A stretch of 37,419 nucleotides of DNA from a virus (Duplodnaviria > Heunggongvirae > Uroviricota > Caudoviricetes): the IMG/VR virus record IMGVR_UViG_3300032030_000021, positions 93,122 through 130,540 of that record; one strand, 5' to 3'. How positions within the stretch are numbered: the stretch's first letter is position 1; every line of letters starts with the position of its first letter. Below the pieces are notes generated by a model that did not search any database, was not told the origin of the DNA, and worked only from the letters and a program-made list of their open reading frames with translations. Positions 9,188 to 18,300 of this stretch are shown here, piece by piece. The position numbers and the translations under genes are program-made.

Positions 9188-9520
9188 ATGAAATCTATAA
9201 AAGACATGATAGATCAGACCGCTCAGCCGGTGTGCGAGTCTATAATCGGAAGAAAAAATGCTCAGGACCTTACGGGGGTGCTCTTTGAGAGACATTTTGA
9301 GGACCTGAAAAAGGCATGCCAAAAAAACAGAATCGATTTTTATGTGGCTGATTTTATCAGCAACCTTCGCGAATCCGGCAGACCACTTGATATGATCAAT
9401 AAAGCCGTGTATGCATTGTGGAAAAACGATAAATCATTTTCGGATATTTTAGAAAACTGCCGGAATACCTATGATGTGGCTATGTCCGTTAACAATGCAT
9501 TGGAGTATAACCGCTACTAA
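9188..9520 (+). CDS. hypothetical protein with ESIIGRK tag
   Basis: MKSIKDMIDQTAQPVCESIIGRKNA N-terminus. Confidence 0.75.
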   Translation: MKSIKDMIDQTAQPVCESIIGRKNAQDLTGVLFERHFEDLKKACQKNRIDFYVADFISNLRESGRPLDMINKAVYALWKNDKSFSDILENCRNTYDVAMSVNNALEYNRY

Positions 9521-9555
9521 TATCTAATTTATCCGGCAAATATACTTTCCTTTCG

Positions 9556-9584
9556 AAAAAGACTCTCTATGGGAGTCTTTTTTT
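9556..9584 (+). terminator. intrinsic terminator
   Basis: aaaaagactctc-tat-gggagtcttttttt. Confidence 0.85.
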
Positions 9585-9599
9585 ATGCTTGCCGAAATC

Positions 9600-9629
9600 C
9601 TTAAAAATAAATGCTAATATATTATATTC
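9600..9629 (+). promoter_or_regulatory. putative phage promoter (variant)
   Basis: CTTAA-N17-TTATATTC right after the terminator. Confidence 0.5.
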
Positions 9630-9667
9630 TATTATAGCAACACATTTATTCACTAATTCAATTCAAA

Positions 9668-10762
9668 ATGAAAAAGAAGCAACAGGAAGGGGTATCCAAC
9701 TTCAAATGGGAAGGATCTTCAGATCAAGAACGCATTAAAACACTTACCGACCGCTATAAAGATGTCGAGATTTCGGAGGCGTTCGCTGATTATTACAAAC
9801 TCGATAGTCTTAAAAAAATTAAAAAACACTTAGAAACCCCACCAACATTCGAAGTTGGGGAATATGTCACCCTCACCATCCGAGGTCTCGACAAGAAACA
9901 AATTATTTTTGACCAGACCAACTTCAAGGAAGATATTAAATGTACGGTAAATCTGTCTCAATATCCAAGATTCAAGGAACTTTCAGGACCTGTTGAGCTT
10001 ACTTGCCGCGTTGTGTCTAAAACGGACAATTCCGTTCTAGTCGATCCAATTTACTGGTTTTATGACCAATTTTTAAAAAAGTATGTCAATGACTTGAATT
10101 ATCAATACAATATTAAAGACAGATTCGAGCCATTTGTAGCTAAAAACATCCAGCTCGTGCGAGGCCGCGACGGGCAGATTGTCCGCGGCGGATTTATGGG
10201 CAGCCTGAGATTGGATAGCGCCTCAGACTTTTTCGGCAAAGACATCTTCCTGGATGTATTCATTCCGGGATCCCAGATTGTAGTCAATGTAGAAAAAGAT
10301 TTCGAACGCTGGGTGGGTCAAGACGTTCCATTCTATATTATTAATCTTATTGAGAAGCCGGGTACCGATAATAAGGTGGTTGTAGGCAGTCCTAAAGAAT
10401 ATTATCGTCTCAATTCCAGAATTGCTCTTATGGATATATTCAACCATTATTGCATGGATGACGATGTCTGGAAAGAACTTACGAAGAAGGAACTTGACGG
10501 CATTGTTACCGGAGTAGTCCATACGGCAAGCAAATGTGGTGTTTTTGTGGAAGCCGATAACCAGACCGGCATGATTGAATGTGATCCGGATGAGATTATG
10601 AAATATAAATCCGGTCAATCCGTAAAGGTGAAATATAATGGCTTCAATGAACTGAAGAAATATAATCCTATGGTAGATCAGTATCAACACATAGAAGCCT
10701 ACTCTGTAGAAGATGGAATCCTCAAAAAATTCAACCTAAAGGTTACATTTAAATTTGCCTGA
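9668..10762 (+). CDS. ribosomal protein S1-like protein (about three S1/OB domains)
   Basis: RGGFMG...VFIPGSQI...VGQDVPFYII...VVVGS resembles bS1 domain 2; GIVTGV...GVFVE...GQSVKVK resembles domain 3. Confidence 0.75.
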   Translation: MKKKQQEGVSNFKWEGSSDQERIKTLTDRYKDVEISEAFADYYKLDSLKKIKKHLETPPTFEVGEYVTLTIRGLDKKQIIFDQTNFKEDIKCTVNLSQYPRFKELSGPVELTCRVVSKTDNSVLVDPIYWFYDQFLKKYVNDLNYQYNIKDRFEPFVAKNIQLVRGRDGQIVRGGFMGSLRLDSASDFFGKDIFLDVFIPGSQIVVNVEKDFERWVGQDVPFYIINLIEKPGTDNKVVVGSPKEYYRLNSRIALMDIFNHYCMDDDVWKELTKKELDGIVTGVVHTASKCGVFVEADNQTGMIECDPDEIMKYKSGQSVKVKYNGFNELKKYNPMVDQYQHIEAYSVEDGILKKFNLKVTFKFA

Positions 10763-10770
10763 ATTTAACG

Positions 10771-10855
10771 CATAGCCGCGTTATTTGAAGAGATCGTGCT
10801 GACAGTGATATATTTGGTCATCTGAGACACGATCTCTTATTATATTGCAAATATG
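10771..10855. repeat. inverted-repeat element, copy 1
   Basis: CATA-N13-AAGAGATCGTG-(29 nt)-CACGATCTCTT-N13-TATG; perfect 11-bp arms at 10788-10798 and 10828-10838. Confidence 0.85.
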
Positions 10856-10861
10856 AGGATT

Positions 10862-10890
10862 TTTAATATATTGGGGAATATATTATATAT
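10862..10890 (+). promoter_or_regulatory. putative phage promoter
   Basis: TTTAA-N16-TTATATAT. Confidence 0.65.
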
Positions 10891-10907
10891 AATCAAAAAT
10901 ATCTTAT

Positions 10908-11093
10908 ATGATAACGATAACTATATTGAGTATTATATTTTTACTAACCGTGGTAGCCGTAATTGCATGCATCACATATTTAGGAATGGGGACCGTTATC
11001 ACGATATGTATATTGGTCATGGGAATAATAATAGATATTTCCGTAGTGTCCGCAATAATAACATTGTGTAAGAAACAAAACAAAAATAAATAA
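10908..11093 (+). CDS. small membrane protein
   Basis: Two hydrophobic segments and a basic C-terminus. Confidence 0.6.
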   Translation: MITITILSIIFLLTVVAVIACITYLGMGTVITICILVMGIIIDISVVSAIITLCKKQNKNK

Positions 11094-11102
11094 TAATATA
11101 TT

Positions 11103-11747
11103 ATGATATCATTACCTATTATAAGCATTGTGATGTGTTTTGCTTACATCATTTTCATACTGATAAAATATGGTACTCCGGTCTCTCTATCGGAGACATA
11201 TTACATACTACCCAACAAATGGGACTGGTTATTTGCAGCCTGGACCGTACTCACAACGCTTCCATTTTCTATTTATTGGTTTTGTATCTCTCCAACCGGA
11301 TTGAGATGGATCCCGGTGACGGTAGCCATTGCCGTGTTGATGATTGGAGTGGCTTCTTGTTATAAATCCGGACCCAAAAAAGAATATCCGGATGATTATA
11401 TCGGATATCTAGTTCATGCTGATGATAATCCGGATTCATTTAAAAATATATGGCTTGATCTGAAATGGAAATTCAAAAACGGCGATTTTTTCAAATTTGG
11501 CTGGACTAGACTTATCCATTATGTTAATTCATTAATAGCTATAATATTAAGTACAATTTTTGTTATAATTTATGCGGGCACGCCTGCATTGGTAAGTACA
11601 ATATTGTCTTATGTGATATTTATTATAATTGGCATGCGAGTTGGGGGTACATATAATGAAGATTATTCCGCCGATGTAGATAATAAGACCTGGATATTCT
11701 TTATGGAGGTGGTGTGCTTTTTGAATTTATTTATATTTATCTGGTAA
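11103..11747 (+). CDS. multi-pass membrane protein
   Basis: About six hydrophobic segments; SLSETYY loop motif. Confidence 0.75.
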   Translation: MISLPIISIVMCFAYIIFILIKYGTPVSLSETYYILPNKWDWLFAAWTVLTTLPFSIYWFCISPTGLRWIPVTVAIAVLMIGVASCYKSGPKKEYPDDYIGYLVHADDNPDSFKNIWLDLKWKFKNGDFFKFGWTRLIHYVNSLIAIILSTIFVIIYAGTPALVSTILSYVIFIIIGMRVGGTYNEDYSADVDNKTWIFFMEVVCFLNLFIFIW

Positions 11748-11751
11748 AATT

Positions 11752-11991
11752 ATGGGTAAGACGTTTACGGAATGGCTAGCAGTGAATCATAACGGATATG
11801 GGTTGTGCGCTCCACCAATATCCCGAGAGGAATTTGAAGAATTCATTATAAAATATCTTTTACCGGAACCGCCTCAAATAGTCATGCCTATGCCGGATGA
11901 TCAATGTCGTACCGAAATATTATGGGACATATTGATGGAGAACTCTAAAGAATTTCGGAAAGAATGGAAAGAATACTTAAAAAGAAAATAA
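11752..11991 (+). CDS. hypothetical protein
   Basis: Tightly packed ORF. Confidence 0.7.
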   Translation: MGKTFTEWLAVNHNGYGLCAPPISREEFEEFIIKYLLPEPPQIVMPMPDDQCRTEILWDILMENSKEFRKEWKEYLKRK

Positions 11992-12215
11992 GAAAACCGA
12001 GGACGGCTACTCATAGAAAAGTAAATCAATTCTTAGAAATGGGAAGCAAATGTGATCTTTTTGACGGGTTTGACGAAAGCGGAAATCCTATCACGGAGTG
12101 TTTTTATCCTTGGTGGAGAGAATGCACTGGAGACCCATTCAAATGCAAGAAACAATATTATAAGCATCTGCAGTGTACTAAAACTCAAATCAATAGAAAG
12201 AATCTTACCGCCTAG
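11964..12215 (+). CDS. small Cys-containing hypothetical protein
   Basis: Overlaps the previous gene by 28 nt; several Cys. Confidence 0.55.
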   Translation: MERILKKKIRKPRTATHRKVNQFLEMGSKCDLFDGFDESGNPITECFYPWWRECTGDPFKCKKQYYKHLQCTKTQINRKNLTA

Positions 12216-12228
12216 AATATTTAGAAAT

Positions 12229-12477
12229 ATGTCAAGATCTCCATATCCTAAAAATTTCGTAGAAGCCAATAATGGAATAGAATGCGCACATCCGATGGAC
12301 ATACCTAAAATATCGGATGATGTTATAGAAGTCAATTCTTATACCAGAATGTTTGAAAGTTGTCCGTCAATAACATTTGAAACCGTTATAGAAAGACCTG
12401 AGCCGCAAGTAATATCGGAACCTAAGAAGTTTGATGACTTCAACTGGGATGAGAACTTCTCGGAAGCTTATAATTAA
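12229..12477 (+). CDS. hypothetical protein
   Basis: ATG at 12229 avoids overlap with the previous ORF. Confidence 0.6.
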   Translation: MSRSPYPKNFVEANNGIECAHPMDIPKISDDVIEVNSYTRMFESCPSITFETVIERPEPQVISEPKKFDDFNWDENFSEAYN

Positions 12478-12487
12478 ACACAAAACC

Positions 12488-13279
12488 ATGAACATAACCT
12501 GCCTAGATATAGAGACTACCGGGTTAAATAAATCAATAGACCGGATAATTCAGCTTTCTTTAAGAAATTTTGATGCCGATACGTTTGAATTGGGAGAGGG
12601 TGCCAACTGGTATATTTTGCCAAACCGGAAAACCGGCGAGTATATTATGGATCTGAACGCCGTAGCAGTGCATGGCATAACAAGATCGTTCTTGAAAGAG
12701 AACGGGCAAAGCCTGGTTGAAATATATCCCGAATGGCAAAGACTTACCAAAGATCATATTATATTGTCATATAACGGGACATCATTTGATATTCCTATGA
12801 TACAGAAGGATTTCAGTCGGGAAGGTTTAGATACCGGATTTGATAAATGCAAATTCATTGATGCATTGGATATCGAGAGAAAACTCAATAAGCAAGATAA
12901 CAATAAGCTATCGGAGACATATGAACGATATTTCGGACATCAATTCGAAGGAGCTCATGATGCTTCCGCCGATATCTTAGCCACTATCGATGTATATAAG
13001 AAACAGATGGAATCGGTTGAGGGCAAGCCTAATCGATCCGAAATCATAGCGGAATCTATATTAAAATCCACTAATAGCTTGTCTATATCACCGGATGGAT
13101 TTGTATATATAGACAGATCCGGATATTTGAAATTCCGATGGGGCAAGCATAAGAACATGCCTGTTGTGGATGTCTGCAAGAATGATCCCGGATATATCAG
13201 GTGGCTATGGGATAATGATATAATTTGCAATATCACCAAAGAGACCATTAGAAAAGAATTTTATAAGCACGGAAAATAG
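12488..13279 (+). CDS. DEDDh 3'-5' exonuclease (DnaQ/epsilon-like) with ExoX-like C-terminal domain
   Basis: CLDIETTG, SYNGTSFD, AHDASAD motifs; C-terminal FRWGKHK...DPGYIRW; ATG at 12488. Confidence 0.9.
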   Translation: MNITCLDIETTGLNKSIDRIIQLSLRNFDADTFELGEGANWYILPNRKTGEYIMDLNAVAVHGITRSFLKENGQSLVEIYPEWQRLTKDHIILSYNGTSFDIPMIQKDFSREGLDTGFDKCKFIDALDIERKLNKQDNNKLSETYERYFGHQFEGAHDASADILATIDVYKKQMESVEGKPNRSEIIAESILKSTNSLSISPDGFVYIDRSGYLKFRWGKHKNMPVVDVCKNDPGYIRWLWDNDIICNITKETIRKEFYKHGK

Positions 13280-13281
13280 GT

Positions 13282-15807
13282 CTACCAGTCAGGTACATTA
13301 AGATTAGGACGTGTTCTTTGAGTTACAGTCCATCCGGAAGGAATCGTATCACCCCCATATATTGCTATACTCCAGTTGCCGGATTTATTAAAAGTTCCGG
13401 AAGCGCTCACACCACTCAGCCAGTCCCCGGTCCACCCGGTGGCCGGAGTCGTATTGAAGTATGCTGTTACACGGCTTAAAGATCCGCAATCGGCAAACAT
13501 ACCTGTCATCATTCCTCCGCTTGTACTAGCGATATTTGTTATAATTGAGGGTGCAATAACTAGATTGATATTTTTTTCAAACATATGATAAAACGCTCTA
13601 TTCGCGGGCCCATAAAAATTAAGATTGGGTGGAGTATGAAGGTCGCAATACGAAAAACAATATTCAAATGACGATACGTTTACGGCACCCATTTTATACC
13701 CATAATAACAATCATTGTCAGCAGACATAAATGGAGATGCAAATGTCAGGTTGTTGCATTTGTAAAACATTTCTTGTGCCATGTTTGGAGCCCATCCTAG
13801 ACTATAATTTTTAATTATAGGATAATATGTTAATGCGCTACATGAGTTAAACATCCCAGCAAATGCACCCTCCCCAATGGAACTTGATGAAATAGTAAAT
13901 CCCGGCATATATGGTGCATATTCTAATAGCGAACATCCATAAAACATATTGTAAAAACAATATGAATCAATACCTGTCATATCTAATTTTGGCGCAGTAA
14001 GAAGCATATTGACAAGTTCAAACATTGCCTTAAATTGATATGGTGCTGCCGTGTGCGACCCATTGGTCATAGAACTTATCTTTCCAAAACAAAATATTTG
14101 CAGATTTTTTACGGTACCAAATGTGAACTTGTTATATGAATTGGTGCTGCCATATGACTGATTTATATTACTCTTCCACAACACATATCCGTTAGTGGCG
14201 GTTATATCCGGATGGGCCCCCGTATTATAGTTATACCAATTGGTACCATCAATACTATATTGAACAGTCCTAGCTGTGGCGGATGTTGTAGACTGGAGAC
14301 TCATTTTCCATCCGGTTAATCCATTCTCGGAATAAAACACAAGACCGTCATGGTTTATAATTTTCCATCGGTAATTTGTAGGGGCCGCCGATACTCCGGT
14401 TGTTGTCCAAGCGGCGGATGGATTTTTAACAAACACCCCACCCATTGAATTTGCTAAATCGTAGTTATATACATTATACAGCCAATTATATGTATAACTA
14501 TTGCCGGGAGTAGTTGTAAATTTGGCATTTACATACTTCAACTTGGTGCATCCGGAGAACATTTCCCTGTAGCAATTACCCCTCAGTGTGAGAGCGGGAA
14601 GTTCGGGCGCTTGTTCCAGACTTGTACATCCTTTAAACATAGCATAATAACATGCGACAGCTAAATTAGTAGCATCCAATTCCGGAGGATACACAAGACT
14701 TGTGCAATTTTCAAACATACTTTGATAACAACCCGGAGCCAAAGTATTGCCGTGCCACAATACGGGAGCCTGCTTAAGATATGTACATCCATGAAACATA
14801 TGTTCATAACAATATGTAGCAAGATGATTTGGTGTTTCCGTATTACTTGCATAACCCGATCTGAATCCATAAATAGAATCATCAATAGGAGGGTATACAC
14901 AATCGGATCCGGCAAACATATATCTCATACTATCGTCCGCCGTTTTGGTTCCCGGGGGCATAGTGATAATACGACAACAATCCGTGCCTTTAAAATATCC
15001 GGTCTCACAACCGGACAAGTCCGATGTCGATCCTCCCCCGGCATGTCCAAATTGTAATGAGGCATTTTCAAACATATATTCGCAACATCTCGATGAATGC
15101 GTCTTAGGGAGCACTAGTGCTCCGGTTTCTAGGTTTGTATCTGTTTCACCAATGGCGGGCTTGCATCTGGGTTCCGGAGCTATTGCACAGAATATACCTG
15201 AAAACATGTGGCTATAGCAATATGTGGCCACCGGAGTTTCGTAGGGTATAAGATCAAATCGGATATTATTACGTGTGCTGCTATAATATATGCCATTACT
15301 CCATTGTGCTAGAGTTATCCGGTTTTGGGAATGATTGTCTGTTGCAAATAATGAATAGAATGTACTTGCTGTCATAGACCATCCCGTCCAGGATGCGGCA
15401 TTATAGTTCCTACATAAAAGACTTCGAATATCACCCCCTAATATTACACCATACTCACTACTGACTTCAAAATTATAATATCTCATTGTTCCGGAATCTC
15501 CGATACTAAGGGTAGTTGGAGTCTGGGAGTTATTTCTGATGTACAATCTATTTCCCGAGGGCAGGTTATAAGTGAGACTACTATTGCCGGAAATTGTCCC
15601 CCAGGTAATCCAATTGTTTCCATCGGTCGATATTTCAAATGTTCTAGAATTTGACGTTATATTCACACCATGCAGTACAATGGTAGCGGAGCCTTGGTTA
15701 ACGTGAGGATTATGAAAATACACCGCACACTTACCCCTCCCGGCATCTATACCTTTCCAACCAAAATCTTGAACCTCACTACTACGTCTATGATGTCTTC
15801 TGGACAT
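13282..15807 (-). CDS. BspA-like leucine-rich-repeat protein, putative virion or adhesion protein
   Basis: Repeated CYxxMFxxCxxLxxAPxL units in two blocks separated by beta-rich linkers; MSRRHHRR start. Confidence 0.75.
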   Translation of the reverse strand: MSRRHHRRSSEVQDFGWKGIDAGRGKCAVYFHNPHVNQGSATIVLHGVNITSNSRTFEISTDGNNWITWGTISGNSSLTYNLPSGNRLYIRNNSQTPTTLSIGDSGTMRYYNFEVSSEYGVILGGDIRSLLCRNYNAASWTGWSMTASTFYSLFATDNHSQNRITLAQWSNGIYYSSTRNNIRFDLIPYETPVATYCYSHMFSGIFCAIAPEPRCKPAIGETDTNLETGALVLPKTHSSRCCEYMFENASLQFGHAGGGSTSDLSGCETGYFKGTDCCRIITMPPGTKTADDSMRYMFAGSDCVYPPIDDSIYGFRSGYASNTETPNHLATYCYEHMFHGCTYLKQAPVLWHGNTLAPGCYQSMFENCTSLVYPPELDATNLAVACYYAMFKGCTSLEQAPELPALTLRGNCYREMFSGCTKLKYVNAKFTTTPGNSYTYNWLYNVYNYDLANSMGGVFVKNPSAAWTTTGVSAAPTNYRWKIINHDGLVFYSENGLTGWKMSLQSTTSATARTVQYSIDGTNWYNYNTGAHPDITATNGYVLWKSNINQSYGSTNSYNKFTFGTVKNLQIFCFGKISSMTNGSHTAAPYQFKAMFELVNMLLTAPKLDMTGIDSYCFYNMFYGCSLLEYAPYMPGFTISSSSIGEGAFAGMFNSCSALTYYPIIKNYSLGWAPNMAQEMFYKCNNLTFASPFMSADNDCYYGYKMGAVNVSSFEYCFSYCDLHTPPNLNFYGPANRAFYHMFEKNINLVIAPSIITNIASTSGGMMTGMFADCGSLSRVTAYFNTTPATGWTGDWLSGVSASGTFNKSGNWSIAIYGGDTIPSGWTVTQRTRPNLNVPDW

Positions 15808-15864
15808 TGTTTAAATAAAATATTTTTGATTAAATAATATCATCCGGGTGTTGTGAAATATAAT

Positions 15865-15893
15865 CTTAATGTTTTTGAGGATCCGTTATATAT
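15865..15893 (+). promoter_or_regulatory. putative phage promoter
   Basis: CTTAA-N16-TTATATAT, now separated from the downstream plus-strand genes by the IS element. Confidence 0.65.
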
Positions 15894-16100
15894 TATCATA
15901 AGATATTTAAGTGAACTACCCAGCCGCTAAAGGCAACTGAGCTTCCCGTCTTTGAAGAGATCCTTGCATTTATCGTAAGAGATCTTCTTCCCGGGCTTTA
16001 AGTCGACGGTCCCCGCCGACTGTATAGCTTTATAGAACCCGATCATATTCTTTGCCGCATGCACGTCCCGGTCTCCGGTCTCGCCGCATTTCGGGCACAC
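15891..16100 (-). ncRNA. predicted omegaRNA scaffold plus guide
   Basis: Inferred from known TnpB architecture: scaffold overlaps the tnpB 3' end up to the right end, guide comes from the flank (UUAAAUAUCUUAUGAUAAUA); 5' limit is a guess. Confidence 0.4.
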
Positions 16101-17270
16101 AAAGGTCCGTTGGGATAGATCCATCGCGGCATCGGTCCCACAGGACAGGCAGCGCTTCGTAGTCGGAAACCATTGGTCTAACACGAATACATTATCTTTT
16201 CTTCTCAGCTTAGCCTTGACCCTTCCGAGCACGGAATGCTGGACCGTCTTGGATAGATGCTCGTCTTCGCGCCATTCCCGGAACTGATCGTCCTGGATGA
16301 CTACCGTACCGTATTCCGACAGGCGGTGCACTATCTTATTAGCGGCATCGTTTTTCTTGTTGTTTATCCTATTATATTCCTTTCTGATTTTAGAGCGGGT
16401 CCTATAGTAGTTGTTAGAGCCCTTGATCTGGCGAGCAAGCTTGGCTTGCAGTCCTTTCAGGCGCTCACTTTCTCCAACTTCTATATATATCCGCTCCCCA
16501 TCGGAAGTAGTGATAGTAGTAGAACAGCCGAAATCGAGTCCTATTATCTTATTGTTTGTTATTTTATGTTCTTTATCTATGAAGCATGTAAGGGATATAT
16601 AGTAGTCATATCCATCATATAAGAGATTGGCAGTGGTATAATCTATATTCTTATATCCGTCTAATTGTTTCAGTCCGCCGACCCTTATAGGCTTCTTGAT
16701 CCCTTGGATCTTAATACTGTTTCCTTTTATAGAATGAGTCACGCCGTACTGCCTCAGCCGGATGCTGTTACATTCGGACTTGAATCTCAAGACACCGATC
16801 TTATTTCCGGTCTTCTTGGAAGCGGACAGACCTATTATAGATTCTCTCATCATAACGGAGATCTCATCTATAATCGAAGATTTCAGATATCGGATCTTGT
16901 ATTCGACCGGGTTTCTGTTTTTATCCAGATACGTGATGGTCTTGAAGTCTTTATAGGAAGCCTTGAAGGGATCTATATCGGAAGCGATGATATAGTTATA
17001 TATCCTTTTAGCTTCTATAAAGTACATTTTAAGAGCCTCTTTCTGATCACGGGAGAGCGAGCTCCGATTCACCTTGAACTTGAATGTCTTGCAGGTCATA
17101 TTCCGGTGCCGGACCCGTGTAGCCTTACCGGCTTCGCTTATAGCTCTATTTTTGTCTAATCGACTCATATCTAAATAATAAGATCCGGATTAATATCGTT
17201 AATGTTTCTTGTATTTATATTAGTAGCCAATCTGTGTATCCATGCAGCTAAAGGCTACACGGTTTTACAG
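15911..17270 (-). mobile_element. IS200/IS605-family, tnpB-only (IS1341-like) element
   Basis: Both ends carry CCTTTAGC hairpins; the minus-strand right end reads GAAGCTCAGTTGCCTTTAGCGGCTGGGTAGTTCAC; left boundary approximate; no tnpA. Confidence 0.8.
15927..17168 (-). CDS. tnpB: TnpB RNA-guided endonuclease homologue
   Basis: TFKFK N-terminus, RuvC-I IGLDFG, Zn ribbon CLSC...CPKC, RuvC-III DRDVHAAKN; RuvC-II reads VVIQDD. Confidence 0.9.
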   Translation of the reverse strand: MSRLDKNRAISEAGKATRVRHRNMTCKTFKFKVNRSSLSRDQKEALKMYFIEAKRIYNYIIASDIDPFKASYKDFKTITYLDKNRNPVEYKIRYLKSSIIDEISVMMRESIIGLSASKKTGNKIGVLRFKSECNSIRLRQYGVTHSIKGNSIKIQGIKKPIRVGGLKQLDGYKNIDYTTANLLYDGYDYYISLTCFIDKEHKITNNKIIGLDFGCSTTITTSDGERIYIEVGESERLKGLQAKLARQIKGSNNYYRTRSKIRKEYNRINNKKNDAANKIVHRLSEYGTVVIQDDQFREWREDEHLSKTVQHSVLGRVKAKLRRKDNVFVLDQWFPTTKRCLSCGTDAAMDLSQRTFVCPKCGETGDRDVHAAKNMIGFYKAIQSAGTVDLKPGKKISYDKCKDLFKDGKLSCL

Positions 17271-17302
17271 ATTGAAATTATAATAAAGAAAGGAGAAAGA
17301 TT

Positions 17303-17827
17303 ATGCATATATGGGGTGACGAATGGTTTAAGAAGTATGGAAACCAATTATATAATGCTATAGATGTACTTGAGCATCGTATCCGGAAATGGGCAAAGTG
17401 TAGAGTATATGGGAAGGAGAAGTATGGCACTTATAGAGATGAGTACTTTGGAATGTGGGATGGAAGTATCTCTACTATCTTCTTTGGCTATAAGTTATTC
17501 CGTGGAAGTAATTGGTTCGAGAATTTTATTTGGAAACTTGATAATTACTTGATCCCTATCAAGAAGACACAATTTGGTTGGTATAGGGTTGGTTTAGCTG
17601 ATTTCAATAGAGCTATTGGATTAGTAAAATTAGTGAATAAATGGCAAGCTAGAATGCTGAACAAGGCTACTCAGATCACTTGTAAAGAATTTCCGGATGT
17701 TGTAGAGGAACTTCTTATGGATGTTTGTTTCTACGAGTATATCAAACCTTGCAAGTGGGGAGATGTTGATGGAGAAGAGATCCACAATAAGTATTGGAAG
17801 ACATTGTGCACTAATGAGAAAAAATAA
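17303..17827 (+). CDS. hypothetical protein
   Basis: 174-aa ORF with KEKYG motif; purine-rich AAAGGAG leader. Confidence 0.75.
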   Translation: MHIWGDEWFKKYGNQLYNAIDVLEHRIRKWAKCRVYGKEKYGTYRDEYFGMWDGSISTIFFGYKLFRGSNWFENFIWKLDNYLIPIKKTQFGWYRVGLADFNRAIGLVKLVNKWQARMLNKATQITCKEFPDVVEELLMDVCFYEYIKPCKWGDVDGEEIHNKYWKTLCTNEKK

Positions 17828-17828
17828 T

Positions 17829-18020
17829 ATGGAAGAGATAATTGAAGTTCCAAAATGGGTATTAGAAAGTATCGAAGATACACTTCGTATTCAATATGAT
17901 ATCTATGAAAGAAAAACGGATACTTGCCAAAAAAGAAATATAAGAGAATCTCTTATTCTAGCTCATAAGCTTTTAAATGGTGATGAGATAACCGGAATGG
18001 AAAGAACCGAAAAATTATAA
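17829..18020 (+). CDS. hypothetical protein
   Basis: ATG 1 nt after the previous stop. Confidence 0.65.
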   Translation: MEEIIEVPKWVLESIEDTLRIQYDIYERKTDTCQKRNIRESLILAHKLLNGDEITGMERTEKL

Positions 18021-18025
18021 ATATT

Positions 18026-18298
18026 ATGAAAGTAGAAGTAAAGAAAGTTTACAATGTAGAGAAATGCTCTCAGTGCCCACATATGAGTGAGTATATTGAC
18101 ACATCTGTATGCGAAGACTCATTCGATGACCCGAATTATGAGTGGTATTGTGACCACCCAGAAATGCCTAGGATTCTTAGCGGGTATAGGAAAGGACACG
18201 GAAGACTAATTGATATTGGAATGAGTAAATTTCAAAAATGTGATATTATTCCAGAATGGTGTCCGGAGAAGTCAAAATCCGAACAAAAACTTGTATAG
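18026..18298 (+). CDS. Cys-rich small phage protein
   Basis: CSQCPH...WYC...IIPEWCP pattern. Confidence 0.7.
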   Translation: MKVEVKKVYNVEKCSQCPHMSEYIDTSVCEDSFDDPNYEWYCDHPEMPRILSGYRKGHGRLIDIGMSKFQKCDIIPEWCPEKSKSEQKLV

Positions 18299-18300
18299 AT

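Noticed and set aside
15911-17270. IStron (group I intron plus IS) or tnpA-containing autonomous element
   Set aside because: The space between the ends is filled by tnpB alone; there is no Y1/serine transposase ORF and no room for an intron core.
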